NCBI GenBank assembly: GCA_963799845.1
Contig: CAWCYI010000004.1
Location: forward strand, 480,001 to 544,000
Source: an uncultured Nitrososphaerota archaeon
GTDB taxonomy: Archaea > Thermoproteota > Nitrososphaeria > Nitrososphaerales > CADDZS01
Reading direction: 5' to 3'
Length of the DNA stretch: 64,000 nucleotides
Under the pieces are notes generated by a model. That model was not told where the DNA came from. It did not search any database and saw nothing but the letters and a program-made list of their open reading frames with translations. Shown piece by piece: positions 21,931-32,907 of the stretch. The position numbers and the translations under genes are program-made. Each line of letters begins with the position of its first letter. Positions within the stretch are counted from its first letter, which is position 1.

Positions 21931-24306
21931 CTATTGGCCCGTCACATACTGAGAAATCTCGGAAATGAATTGAGACTTTGCTCGACTAGATGTAAAGAGG
22001 TAGAGTTCCTTCTTGCACCTGGTTAGGGCAACGTAAAACAGCCGCCTTTCCTCTTCAAGTTTGTCCACCTTCTCATCCTGACTCTTTCTGGCAATTTCGA
22101 GTAACTTTTCTCCTTTGATCTCCGATGGAAATCCAAACTCTCCCTTGATGCAACCTAGAAGCAACACATACTCCGCTTCTCGTCCCTTTGACCGATGAGT
22201 CGTCAGGAACTCCAAGTCAATCTCCTCACTATTTGGAAACTCGACAGCAAGCCGATTCAGCTGATCACGATACCTAGAAAGAACTAGGATTCTCTCGCCA
22301 GAAGCTCTCTTGAGGAGTAATCGGTTTAGCAGATCCTTCACAGCATTTAATTCCCAATTTTGGTACTCCTTTGAAGTAAGATTTTCTGGCATCTTCACCA
22401 AAACAATCTGACAAGATAGATTGGACTTCGCTGTAACATCCTTTCGCATTTGGAATCTGTTGAGTGAAATCAGATGGTTAGAAGCCTCCACTACGTTCTT
22501 TGGGCACCTATAATTCGTTCCGATGAAGCTTTTCTCGGGAAAGGCGAAGTGACTATCAAAATTCAAAATGTTCTGAATATTTGATCCAGCAAACGAGAAG
22601 ATGTTCTGCCAATCATCACCAACGCAGAATAGATGAGAGTCCTTACCTCCAACGATGCACTTGATCAACTCAAGCTGATTGTCTGTAATATCTTGAAACT
22701 CATCTATCAGGACATATGGGTACTTGTGTGCTAGGTCTTCCCTGTTCTTTCTTGCGACCTCAAGTGCGAGAATAATCATGTCGTTGAAGTCGATCGCATC
22801 TTTTAATTTCAGTTGCGATTCGTATTCTTCCCACACAGGAATGACGAAAGAGAGAAATGCTTTCTGTCGTCTGTTCAATTTCATTGTTTCTTCCCTTCGG
22901 GAAATATCTTCGATTCTGAAGCCGTTTGACTTTGCCGTACTGATGAACGAGAATGTCAATATTTCAAGCGGATCATTTTTTGGAAGAAGGCTGTACACTT
23001 TACTCACCACTTCATTCGTGTTGAGCTCGCTTAACACAACTCCATGTTCTTCGAGTAACTTTTTCAAATCTCGAAGGAGCGTTCCCTCAATCCATTGATA
23101 ATGGAACGTCTCAATCAGTGAATGTTTATGCTTCGCAAACTGCCCCCGTGACCACTCCATGCGCCTCTGGTATCGTTCCGATGGATCTTCAGAATTATCC
23201 TTGTCACCATATGCAAACCATTCAGGTACTTTTCCCTCTCTGTCAACCCCTCGATGCTCAATCCAGACATCATAGTCTAAAAGGTGAAAATCAGGAGCAT
23301 AAGTTCGATAATTTTTATTCATGTCTGCCCAAGTGACAGGATCGGCATGCTTGAATTGAACTTGATTGATAAAGAGAAAATTTGCGATGTCACGCTCCGC
23401 GACGGAATCGACACGTTCTGAACTGAGAGTCGTATATCTTTGGTTCCTCACGTACTCGTAGTACTTTTGTGGATCTGGAAAGCTCTCTGCTTCTAGCTCG
23501 TCGTTTTGGTACTCTATTGCAAACTGGAGCATTGACAGAACGAAATCGCGGTTGCTGGATAGTTGTTTGAGAGAAGTACGAATGATTTCATGTTGATCAC
23601 CCTCTTTAGCCACACCATTTCTGAATTTGTGAGAATCTTTTGCGAGCTCTCGCCCAAAAGAATGGAGTGTCCTGATGTTAAAGCCAGAAATTCCATACTT
23701 ATTCGAGAGACGTTCCTGCATTTCACTTGCAGCCACTGTAGTGTATGCTAGAGCTAGAATGTTGTTCGGTGGAATTCCTCTTTCGACTAGGAATGCAAGT
23801 CGTGCAGTCAAAACTCTTGTCTTTCCAGAGCCCGCCGCACCAACAACTAGGCTGTGGGCGTCGTCTTTCACCACTGGTTCAATCTGCTGCGGATCCAGAG
23901 AAGCTTTTGAAAAGAAATCGGCGTGCGTTGCTGTCATCATCTTGACGTAATTCTTCATGTAAGATTGTAAAAAAGAAATGAGCGACTCGATCCTTTTCGT
24001 AGATGAGAGGGCCAATTGTTTTTCCTTTTTTGAAAGGAGTAGACGAAAAATTAGAGCATGACTGGCGTGGTCTGCCATCTCTTTCAAGGATTTCCGAACA
24101 TCTAATCGCATCTTTCCATTCAGATATTGATTGAACGAGAGATAATCGGTTAGCTCTAAGTTAAGCTGGTCAAGTTCTCCAGCGATGTTCTTTACCGATT
24201 TTGCAAGTCTTAATCTGAATACGACGATCCCGACAAGAACGAATACGGCGATTAGGAATGAAACGATAAGAATTATTCCTGTTGAGCTCGAAAATGGAGG
24301 GTCCAA
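21931..24306 (-). CDS. UvrD/helicase IV-like SF1 helicase with N-terminal TM and inserted PD-(D/E)xK-like domain
   Basis: GAAGSGKT, IDEFQD, VGDDWQNIF, NYRC, THRSKGRE, EERRLFYVALTR; insert S.AE..IANFL...PDF...IEH.G. Confidence 0.9.
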   Translation of the reverse strand: MDPPFSSSTGIILIVSFLIAVFVLVGIVVFRLRLAKSVKNIAGELDQLNLELTDYLSFNQYLNGKMRLDVRKSLKEMADHASHALIFRLLLSKKEKQLALSSTKRIESLISFLQSYMKNYVKMMTATHADFFSKASLDPQQIEPVVKDDAHSLVVGAAGSGKTRVLTARLAFLVERGIPPNNILALAYTTVAASEMQERLSNKYGISGFNIRTLHSFGRELAKDSHKFRNGVAKEGDQHEIIRTSLKQLSSNRDFVLSMLQFAIEYQNDELEAESFPDPQKYYEYVRNQRYTTLSSERVDSVAERDIANFLFINQVQFKHADPVTWADMNKNYRTYAPDFHLLDYDVWIEHRGVDREGKVPEWFAYGDKDNSEDPSERYQRRMEWSRGQFAKHKHSLIETFHYQWIEGTLLRDLKKLLEEHGVVLSELNTNEVVSKVYSLLPKNDPLEILTFSFISTAKSNGFRIEDISRREETMKLNRRQKAFLSFVIPVWEEYESQLKLKDAIDFNDMIILALEVARKNREDLAHKYPYVLIDEFQDITDNQLELIKCIVGGKDSHLFCVGDDWQNIFSFAGSNIQNILNFDSHFAFPEKSFIGTNYRCPKNVVEASNHLISLNRFQMRKDVTAKSNLSCQIVLVKMPENLTSKEYQNWELNAVKDLLNRLLLKRASGERILVLSRYRDQLNRLAVEFPNSEEIDLEFLTTHRSKGREAEYVLLLGCIKGEFGFPSEIKGEKLLEIARKSQDEKVDKLEEERRLFYVALTRCKKELYLFTSSRAKSQFISEISQYVTGQ

Positions 24307-24486
24307 AGACGAATTTTATGCAATTTCCTGTAGATACTTTAAGGTGCTCAGTGCGAGGATAATACAAACATAGTCAGTCAGAAAGACCCCCAGAGTGAAA
24401 AGAAGAATTTCCGCTCAGTGCTTTACTTTCATGACACATTCTACAGTCTAAAAGCTTTTGAATTGAACCCATATGGTCAACAATGA

Positions 24487-24912
24487 ATGACCAGGGCTGA
24501 AGATGTAATCAATAGGGTTGTGGAGTTTGCAAACAAGCATGACCTCGATTCCTCGGTTGCATTATTTGACCCTGACGTCATCTGTTGGAATCCCATCAGT
24601 CAAGAGATCAAGGGGAGAGAAGCTCGTCGAAAAGTTATCGAAATAGCACTCAAGGCAATTCCCGATCTACAATGGCAAATTAAAACTGTATTAGTTCAAG
24701 GCGACTCGGCAGTTTTCGAAGCTTTGGAGTCAGGTACATTCACTGGCCTTCTTGAATTGCCAAATGGAAATATTCAGCCTACGAAAAAGTCGTATAGACT
24801 ACCATTCATCGCATTCTTGCGAATAAACAATGTTGGCCTAATCGTAGAGTATCGTAATTATTGGGATAATCTTTCCTTTATCCGTCAGCTTGGTATTGAG
24901 CTTAGAGCATAA
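24487..24912 (+). CDS. SnoaL-like/NTF2 ester cyclase
   Basis: FANKHDLD, GREA, AIPDL, GTFTG, YWDNLS. Confidence 0.85.
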   Translation: MTRAEDVINRVVEFANKHDLDSSVALFDPDVICWNPISQEIKGREARRKVIEIALKAIPDLQWQIKTVLVQGDSAVFEALESGTFTGLLELPNGNIQPTKKSYRLPFIAFLRINNVGLIVEYRNYWDNLSFIRQLGIELRA

Positions 24913-25095
24913 CGAACTTGAGGAAGCGGTCAGAGACCAAAAAAAAGTTAGATTCTAGAACGCTGGTCATCCATTGGGTCAGGAAAAATCCTGAGAAGAA
25001 AACTCTAGAGCAAAAACTCGATTCTGCGAGTATCCAAGCAAATACAACAATGAGAAGGACCAACCTGCTTTATCCTTTTTTCGAGAATTTGCTAA

Positions 25096-25861
25096 TTGCC
25101 TGGAAATAAGATCAAAACTGGTTGCACTGGTTGGAGTTACGAAGATTGGGTCGGTCCCTTCTATCCTCTCGGATCAAAACCAACTGAATACTTGCCCTTC
25201 TATTCTAGTGTCTTCGACATTGTCGAGATTGACACTACTTTCTACTCGAGTCCCAATGAGTGGCTGGTCAATCGCTGGATGGAGGTGACTCCCCCGAATT
25301 TTTCATTCACGGCCAAGATCCCGCAGACAATAACGCACGAAAGAAGATTCAGAGCCTACGACACGGAACTGTCAAACTTTCTCTCCGCTTTGCAACCACT
25401 GCGCCCCAAGTTGAAATGTATACTCGCTCAGATGCCTCCGTCTTTCAACTACAGAGATGATTTCGAAGCGCTAGCCGAATTTGTCAATGACGACAAGAAA
25501 ACGCGCGGAGATGTCAGGCTCGCAGTCGAGCTGAAGAAATACTTCGTTTTTCAGAGACGAGACGTTCGACCTTCTCTGGGAAAACGGGGTGTGCTTTGTG
25601 TGGTCTGCCAATCAGTACACGCGTGACTTTCTCGCCAGGGTCACGGCGGACTTTCTCTATGTGAGGTTCATTGGCGACAGACAGCTCACGAAATTCGATA
25701 GAATCCAGTTGAACAGAACAGTGTTACTCGAGGAATGCTGGAGGAGATTGAGCTCAGCACTTGACTCTGTGAATGAGGCTTTCGTATTTTCAAACAATCA
25801 TTTCGCGGGCTTTGCCCCTGACACCATAAGGGAGTTTAGGAAGATCGCGAATCTTGAGTAA
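25096..25861 (+). pseudogene. DUF72 family protein, frameshifted at 25533
   Basis: GCTGWSY.DW.G.FY, VEIDTTFY, KIPQTITH, QMPPSF, VEL|RN, YVRFIG, NNHFAG. Confidence 0.88.
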
Positions 25862-26015
25862 GTTAACCAGGCGGCTCGGTAATTTGAAACGGATATTCTT
25901 GCTCAGTTCTGTGGCGAGATGACAGCTGAAACTGATCCTTATGACGAGAATGATGAATCCTTTTTCTGTGCTGCCTTAGGAGATTCTAAAAAACCAAGAA
26001 GCTGGTTTTCTATTC

Positions 26016-28403
26016 TTAGCTATTTTTGAGCCCTATTCGCTTTAGTAACTTTTCGAATCGCTCGTCAGAGCGAATATTATCAAGCGGGAGACCTCCCCTA
26101 ACAATTATGTACATATACGTAGATCTTTCCGTGTATGCTCTTTCTAACCATTCGAACGCTTTGTCTTTATCACCGAGCCCAGAAAAAGCACATGCCCAGG
26201 TGAACGCGCTAACATGTGGATAGTTGTTGCTGTCCTGCAGTTCCTCGACAATCTTCCTTGCTTCGGTAACTCGGCCTGCTTTTGTTAGTGCATACGCAAG
26301 ATCTAATTGGTTATACGCGTCCTTCCCCTGGCTGAGTTCGATAGCCTTCTGAATTTCTACAATTCCTTCACTAAGCATTCCTTTTTGCACATACGTTAAT
26401 CCAAGATTATCATGTGCATTTGCGACAGCAGGATCTAGACTTATTGCTTTCTTGAATTGTTCTATTGCCTCGTCGTAATGGCCAGCATACATTAGCGCGC
26501 TCGCTGCCACAGTCAGAGTTACTGTTGACAAGGGATCCAATTCTAGAGACCTCTTGATCTCTGTAAATGCTTCGGGAAATTTACTTTCATCGCCGTGGTA
26601 GATCGTCCAGATTGCATGATAGACATATGCCCTAGCAAAACTCGGGTTCAGCTCAATAGACCGACGGAATTCATATTCAGCGCCGTCGAAATCCCAGTCA
26701 TAATTCAGATGTATCTGAGCCATCGACAGATGAGCGTCAGCCAGCATATTGTCGATTTCTAATGCTCTGGCAGCGAATTGCTTTGCTTTCAGTCCTGCTT
26801 CATCTCTCGTTATATAACTCCAGGCACCTAAGTACCAATAAGAGTCAGCGAGCCCGACAAAGGCCAAAGAGAAGAACGAATCTTGTTCTATAGCTAGTTG
26901 GAAGTATTCTATTGCAGTTTCAAATTCCTTTCCAGCAAGTTTGTTGAAATGGAACCTTCCTTTGAGATATAGAGTGTATGCTTCCTGGCTTTTTGTCGGG
27001 ATCTTTTCGAGGCTTTCTTCCTCTTTCGGCAAAAGTTTGACTTTCAGGGCTTTTGCAACGCTTGTTGAAATTTCGCTTTGGATTGCGAATACGTCCTGAA
27101 GCTCTCTGTCATAGGTTTCTGACCAAAGGTGTTCATCTGCCTTCGAATCTATCAATTGAACAGTGATTCTCAACCTGTTCCCAACTTTTCGAACACTTCC
27201 TTCAAGCAAATTCTCAGCCTGTAATTCCTGTCCAATCTCTGTAGTATTCTTGCTCGTTGCCTTATACCGCATAATCGAAGTTCTTGAAATTACTCTCAGT
27301 CCATGTATCTTCGATATTGAAGAGATCAGCTCCTCCGTCATTCCGTCTGCGAAGTACTCATCTTTAGGATCAGGGCTGATGTTTGCGAACGGTAGAACTG
27401 CGATGCGGTTTTTTCCATAGGTGGTTTCTTTGCTCGTGCGGTTTTCTTCGATTCTAGATGTTTCCCGTTTCGCACTTGAGCCACTGAGCACGACTTGATC
27501 GTCTTCCAACCTTACAAACGAGTTCACAAATTCGTTTCTTAGCGATCCCGCTCTAACCCAAAATTCCTTGTTCTCAGGATTACCAGCATCAAAGAGATAA
27601 TCGAATTTGATTCGCTCTTCGCCTGCGGGCATCCTTTCAATACAACGGACAGCGAGCTGACGAATCTGACGTGCGCTCTTTAGTTTGGGATTTAGTGCCA
27701 CGTAATATAGCACAAGTTTTTCGACTTCATCGATCTGACGGCCATACTCCCTTGCTGCGCTCAAGAATTGAGTTGAAACGACTAGAAGTCTATCACCCAG
27801 ACCAAGACCTTCTATCACGAATTCGTTGTCTGGTGGGATCCTACTCAGGAGGTCTATTCCCTTAGGGCGCTTCGCAATATTGTCTTTCATGCCATCAAGA
27901 GAATTTCCAGAGCTACCTGCGAGAATGAAGCAAGTGCGTACTGTTCTTCGGTTGATGGGTGGCTCAAGCGAAGGAAGGAGAGCTTCGTACGGCCATGATT
28001 CCGTTGGTTTCGAATCCACTTCGTCGATGAAGCACAGACGAGGTTTATCCAGTCTGTCTATTTCGAGTACCTCTCTTCGGAAATCTTGTTCGCTCATTTG
28101 AGCCAAGTTAAGCTCCCGATAGAGAATATGATCGCCCATCGACCTCGCAATTTCTTGGATGAAAAATGACTTCCCGCTTCCAGGTGGTGCCCAAATCAGG
28201 TAATTATCACATCCAAAAGGTTGCGAGCTGAGGCTCGAAACGATTCTTTGTTTCGTATCTTTCATCGAATTTCTCGCGGGCTCGTCGTACCTTACAATTC
28301 CACCGACAACTCGGAATCTAGAAAGATCTAAAGTATCGAGTCCTCTGATTAAGGAAATGGCGTTTTGTTCCTCAGAATCGTAATGAGAACCTGAGGAGTT
28401 CAT
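26016..28403 (-). CDS. AAA+ ATPase - TolB_N-like - TPR protein, copy 2 (intact, 795 aa)
   Basis: APPGSGKS, CFIDEVD, DLLSRI, SARQIRQL; RIAVLPFANISPDPKDEYFADG; multiple TPRs. Confidence 0.9.
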   Translation of the reverse strand: MNSSGSHYDSEEQNAISLIRGLDTLDLSRFRVVGGIVRYDEPARNSMKDTKQRIVSSLSSQPFGCDNYLIWAPPGSGKSFFIQEIARSMGDHILYRELNLAQMSEQDFRREVLEIDRLDKPRLCFIDEVDSKPTESWPYEALLPSLEPPINRRTVRTCFILAGSSGNSLDGMKDNIAKRPKGIDLLSRIPPDNEFVIEGLGLGDRLLVVSTQFLSAAREYGRQIDEVEKLVLYYVALNPKLKSARQIRQLAVRCIERMPAGEERIKFDYLFDAGNPENKEFWVRAGSLRNEFVNSFVRLEDDQVVLSGSSAKRETSRIEENRTSKETTYGKNRIAVLPFANISPDPKDEYFADGMTEELISSISKIHGLRVISRTSIMRYKATSKNTTEIGQELQAENLLEGSVRKVGNRLRITVQLIDSKADEHLWSETYDRELQDVFAIQSEISTSVAKALKVKLLPKEEESLEKIPTKSQEAYTLYLKGRFHFNKLAGKEFETAIEYFQLAIEQDSFFSLAFVGLADSYWYLGAWSYITRDEAGLKAKQFAARALEIDNMLADAHLSMAQIHLNYDWDFDGAEYEFRRSIELNPSFARAYVYHAIWTIYHGDESKFPEAFTEIKRSLELDPLSTVTLTVAASALMYAGHYDEAIEQFKKAISLDPAVANAHDNLGLTYVQKGMLSEGIVEIQKAIELSQGKDAYNQLDLAYALTKAGRVTEARKIVEELQDSNNYPHVSAFTWACAFSGLGDKDKAFEWLERAYTERSTYMYIIVRGGLPLDNIRSDERFEKLLKRIGLKNS

Positions 28404-28476
28404 TTCGACAATAGTCCTGAAATAATTTGATTAATATGGCTTAATTTGCATCATTACCCAGCCTTTTCCGATCTTA

Positions 28477-29712
28477 TCATGAATGCTGAGTTTTCGAGTC
28501 TTCTGATTTAGTAGGGAGACCTAGTTTCACCGCTCGATTCGGTGCTAAGAAGAAGAGTATTGGAAGCAGAACAATCGCGGTCACGCCAGTCAATGTAAAT
28601 GCAAAAGTGTATCCTTGCGTCACCGAAACAATTCCAAATAATATTGTAAAGCCGCTGGTAAAGACCAGTTGAACCGAATTTATGACCCCGATTCCTAGTG
28701 TTACTGATTCACTCTTGCTTTCTTCGAGATACGCGGGTATCATGAACATAACTGAACTTGCGACTCCGTAAAGGAATCCAGCTATTGCGTATAATCCCCA
28801 CAAGAATAATACCTCCAGATGCGGTAGAAGGAGGTAGCACAATCCGATGAGAAACGTGAACAACGCCAGGATCGTCCTTCTATCGTAGCCTCTCTCACCG
28901 ACCCAACCTCCAATTATGCCGCCAGGTATGGTGAAGAAGAGGCCTAATCCTAGGATTTCAGCTGCCGTGTCGATGCCCCAGAGTGGATGGACTTGACTAA
29001 AGTATTGGGCGAGGAAATCGGAGCCGATGTATCCACCCGCTGCGAAACCAGCAAGACCAAGAGAGATAGCCCATATCGATTTCGAGCCAAGGACCCGACG
29101 AGCCTGCGACCAAACAACTGATGACAAATCGTGTTGTTCGTTAACTTTGTTGGCGGGAAGAATTACTAGACTCAGGATGGTTGTCACAAGAATTATTCCC
29201 CCGCTAAGTTGAAACGGCGCACCCCAACCATATGCCAGACCTAGAACTGCGCCAGCTAAAAGGCCTACGATTCCGCCAGCGCCGTTTGTGATCCCGAAAA
29301 AAATTCCGATCAGTTTCCCCTTTTGTCCCTCGGAGTAGTACGAGGAGAGCAGACTGTAAGCCGAGCCACTGGACAAGGCTGCGCCCGCTCCCGTTACAAA
29401 CCGCAGAAGAGCGAGTTCTAGAATGTTGATAGAGTATCCAGATAGGAGAGTGGTTGCTCCCATTAAACCGAGTCCAACTAGATAGATCTCTTTGGTTCCC
29501 CACTTTATAGCTCCGAATCCAGATGGAATCTGGAATATCCCAAATCCCCCTAGAAAAGCTCCCAACATGAGCCCAAGCTGAGAAGTATTCACTTTGTACG
29601 CCTCACCGATCAACGGAACTATAGGGGCGATCTCGACGGAAACAAACGTGACTAAAGCTCCGCCGAGTATGAGGACTGCCGCGGACAATGCGCGACGATT
29701 GGAGAGAGTCAA
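28477..29712 (-). CDS. MFS transporter
   Basis: 12 TM, LRFVTGAG, GGWVGERG motifs. Confidence 0.88.
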   Translation of the reverse strand: MTLSNRRALSAAVLILGGALVTFVSVEIAPIVPLIGEAYKVNTSQLGLMLGAFLGGFGIFQIPSGFGAIKWGTKEIYLVGLGLMGATTLLSGYSINILELALLRFVTGAGAALSSGSAYSLLSSYYSEGQKGKLIGIFFGITNGAGGIVGLLAGAVLGLAYGWGAPFQLSGGIILVTTILSLVILPANKVNEQHDLSSVVWSQARRVLGSKSIWAISLGLAGFAAGGYIGSDFLAQYFSQVHPLWGIDTAAEILGLGLFFTIPGGIIGGWVGERGYDRRTILALFTFLIGLCYLLLPHLEVLFLWGLYAIAGFLYGVASSVMFMIPAYLEESKSESVTLGIGVINSVQLVFTSGFTILFGIVSVTQGYTFAFTLTGVTAIVLLPILFFLAPNRAVKLGLPTKSEDSKTQHS

Positions 29713-29763
29713 TACAACCCATCAAGAGCTAAAATATTCAATGACGGCCTTTTTCACAACTAA

Positions 29764-32146
29764 TCATTCTGCATCGGGAAAACCAATTTTCTTCAGCAAT
29801 GCCTGAAACCTTGGATCTGACCGAAAGTCCTCGAAAGCAGGATCGCTATTGATACTCGGAAGAGAGCTAAGATGATACTCATAAGCTCTCTCCAGCCACT
29901 CCATTGCCTTGTCCTTTTCACCTAAGCTCACGTAAACTCCAGCAATAGCTGCTTCTGACCTGTAGCCTTGTTCCTTCATTCTCAGCAAATCGGCAAGAAT
30001 GTTCTTCGCTTCATCGATTTTTCCAGCTTTTGCGTACGCCCAAGCAAGATTGCTTATTTTTGTCACATCTTCCCACCAGACATTTCTATGCCTATTTTGA
30101 TTTCAGAAATTCCTTCCTCAATCATTCCCTTCATGATGTATGCACAGCCCAGAACGTCATGCGCTAAAGCAGAATTCGGGTCTAGCTCGATAGCATTTCT
30201 GAACAAAACTATTGCTTCGTCAATTCGGCGAGATTGCAAAAGATAGCCACCTGCCATTGTGCACGTCCAAGCTGACAGCGGATCTCAGCTCCAAAGCGCG
30301 GTGGCATTCCAAAATGGCTTCGTCAAATCTCCTGCTAAACACGAGAACCTCTGCGAGATCGATGTGACCATCCACCGAGCTGGGATTAAGTTCGAGCGCT
30401 CGTCTCAATTCGATTTCAGCAGCTCGAAGATCCCATTTTTCTGCAAGTAAGAGCCATCCTAGCGCAAGGTGAGATTCAGGAAGGGACGGATCCAATTGGG
30501 TTGCTTTATCAGCAAACATCTTCGCTTGTGGCAGGGCTTCATTCGATGGCAGAAATTCAAACCAACTAAAGGCAGTGTAACATTTGGCCATCACCGAATA
30601 GGCTTGAGCGTAGTTCGGATCTTTCTGAATTGCTTGTTCGCAGTAAAATATCGTTCTTTTGAGGGAATCAAAAGTCAGTCGATGCATGTAAGATCGGCCC
30701 TTCAAGTATAGAGTATAAGCTTCCAGGTTCAGCGTTGGTCTCTTTCCTAATTCTTTGCTCTGCTTCGCGAGAATTGTAATCTGAAGAGAATCAGCGACCT
30801 TTTGGGCGATCTCCGCTTGCAGTGAAAACACGTTCTCGCATTTTCTATTATAATCTTGAGACCACAAATGCTCGTCGTTTTCCACATCAATTAGTTGCGC
30901 CGTAATTCGCAGATCGTCGCCTGCTTTCCTGACACTTCCTTCCAATACCGCCCCAACATTCAGTTCCTTGGCGATTTCGGAGAGATGCTTGTTCGTTTGC
31001 TTATAGCCCAAAACAGAAGTACGGGAGATGACTCTTAGCCCTCGAATTTTAGATAACGTAGAAATTAGTTCCTCGGTCATGCCATCCGCAAAGTACTCGT
31101 CCTTAGGATCAGGGCTGATATTTGCGAAGGGCAGCACGGCGATACGATTTTTTCCGTAGGTTGTTTCTTTGGTTGCAAGCTTTTCGTCAATTCTAGAATT
31201 CTCCAGATTCATAGTTGAGGGTCTGAAAACGATTTGATCATCCTCTAATCTTACAAACGTGTTGACAAACTCGTTTCTCAATTGACCTGTTCTGGTCCAA
31301 AACTCCTTGTTTTCGAGATCGCCCGCATCGAAAAGATAATCGAACTTTATTCTCTCTTCTCCCTTGGGCATGCGCTCGATACATCGAACAGCTCAGCTGT
31401 CGAATTTGACGGGCACTTTTCAGTCGGGGATTCGAAGCTACGTAGTAAAGCACCAATTTTTCGACTTCATCGATACGCCGTTCATGCTCAACTGCTGCAT
31501 TGAGAAATTGGGTGGAGACTACGAGAAGTCGATCCCCCAGTCCTAAACCCTCAATCACGAACTCGTTCCCTGGTGGAATCCTACTCAGAAGATCAGTACC
31601 TTTAGGGCGTTTTGTAATATTTTCATTCATACCTGCTAGAGAATTTCCAGAACTTCCTGCCAGAACGAAGCATGTTCGGACAGTTTTTCTATTTGCAGGT
31701 GGCTCAAGTGAAGGTAGAAGGGCCTCATACGGCCATGATTCACCTGGTTTGGAGTCCACTTCATCAATGAAGCACAGACGAGGTTTATCCAATTTTTCTA
31801 TTTCAAATAAAGCTCTGCGGAAATCTTGCTCACTCATCTGAGCCAAATTAAGCTCCCTGTAGAGAATATGGTCGCCCATAGACCTCGCAATTTCTTGGAT
31901 GAAAAATGACTTCCCGCTTCCAGGTGGTGCCCAAATCAGATAATTGTCGCATCCGAAGGGCTGCGAACTTAGACTGGAAACAATCCTTTGTTTTGTATCT
32001 TTCATAGAATTTCTGGCGGGCTCGTCGTACCGTACGATTCCTCCGACAACTCGAAACTTTGGAAGTTCAATGCTGTGGAGCTCGCGTACGAGACGAATAG
32101 CGTCTTGTTCGGAAGAAAGAGATGCAGAGGATTTCGATTCTTCCAA
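29764..32146 (-). pseudogene. AAA+ ATPase - TolB_N-like - TPR protein, copy 3 (three 1-nt frameshifts)
   Basis: Four consecutive ORFs colinear with copy 2; breaks near 31394, 30286 and 30070. Confidence 0.87.
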
Positions 32147-32280
32147 TCCAATGAACGCGACTTGATCCCGAAAACTAAGCTGGGAACTATTATGATTTTG
32201 CTTACACTAGATAGGGCAATCTAGATCGTCTGAAATTTTCAGCGCTTGAGTTGTGAACTCTAGCAGGTCTTCGGACTCGA

Positions 32281-32745
32281 CTATGAATTGACTACTTCGG
32301 AAGCATTCTTGGCAAATTGATAACCTGTTGTATCGTCCTTTTCTCGCCACAGAACGTTGATGATCTTCCACTTGCCGTTGAACTTAGCCAGCCCTATGTA
32401 ATCAATACCCCAATTCGCTTCAGTCCTCACCATCGCCATGTCCTTGTATCGATCAAGAATGATCATATCTTCCTGGCGTTGAGCCACAGGGGTTCGCTTG
32501 ACATGGGCTTTCCTATCACCCCAACCGCCCTGAGTGTCGCGAATCAGCTTCGAAGCGGATAACTCGTACATTTTTGTACGGCCTGTTTTGGGATCCGTCC
32601 AAACCATACGCTTCACAAGTCTGGGGTGCAACGCACGCTTCATGCGGGAACCTTCCCAAGTGTAACATGAGTCGACGTAGTCGAGAACCGTCTTTCGGAT
32701 TGCCTCGGCTTCTGGATCGGAAGCAGAAGGAGTGAGGGCCATCAA
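32281..32745 (-). CDS. NTF2-like (Lumazine_bd_2-type) protein
   Basis: AIRKTVLDY, ALHPRLVKR, DYIGLAKFNGKWKIINVLW. Confidence 0.85.
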   Translation of the reverse strand: MMALTPSASDPEAEAIRKTVLDYVDSCYTWEGSRMKRALHPRLVKRMVWTDPKTGRTKMYELSASKLIRDTQGGWGDRKAHVKRTPVAQRQEDMIILDRYKDMAMVRTEANWGIDYIGLAKFNGKWKIINVLWREKDDTTGYQFAKNASEVVNS

Positions 32746-32907
32746 GACCGCGATTCAATGCGGCTATAAAAAAGATTGTAGAGATTGGACTCTTAGGAAG
32801 CTACTGATTGATATTATCCGAGAAATTTAACCATGTTCGAGTTTATGTGAACTGCTAGGCGCTCTAAATTTGGCTATTTTTAATCAAGAATCTCAATTGA
32901 AAATACG

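Noticed and set aside
26016-28403. STAND/NLR (Avs-like) assignment
   Set aside because: Motifs are AAA+-like, the ATPase is N-terminal with no effector, and no winged-helix region is evident before the TolB domain
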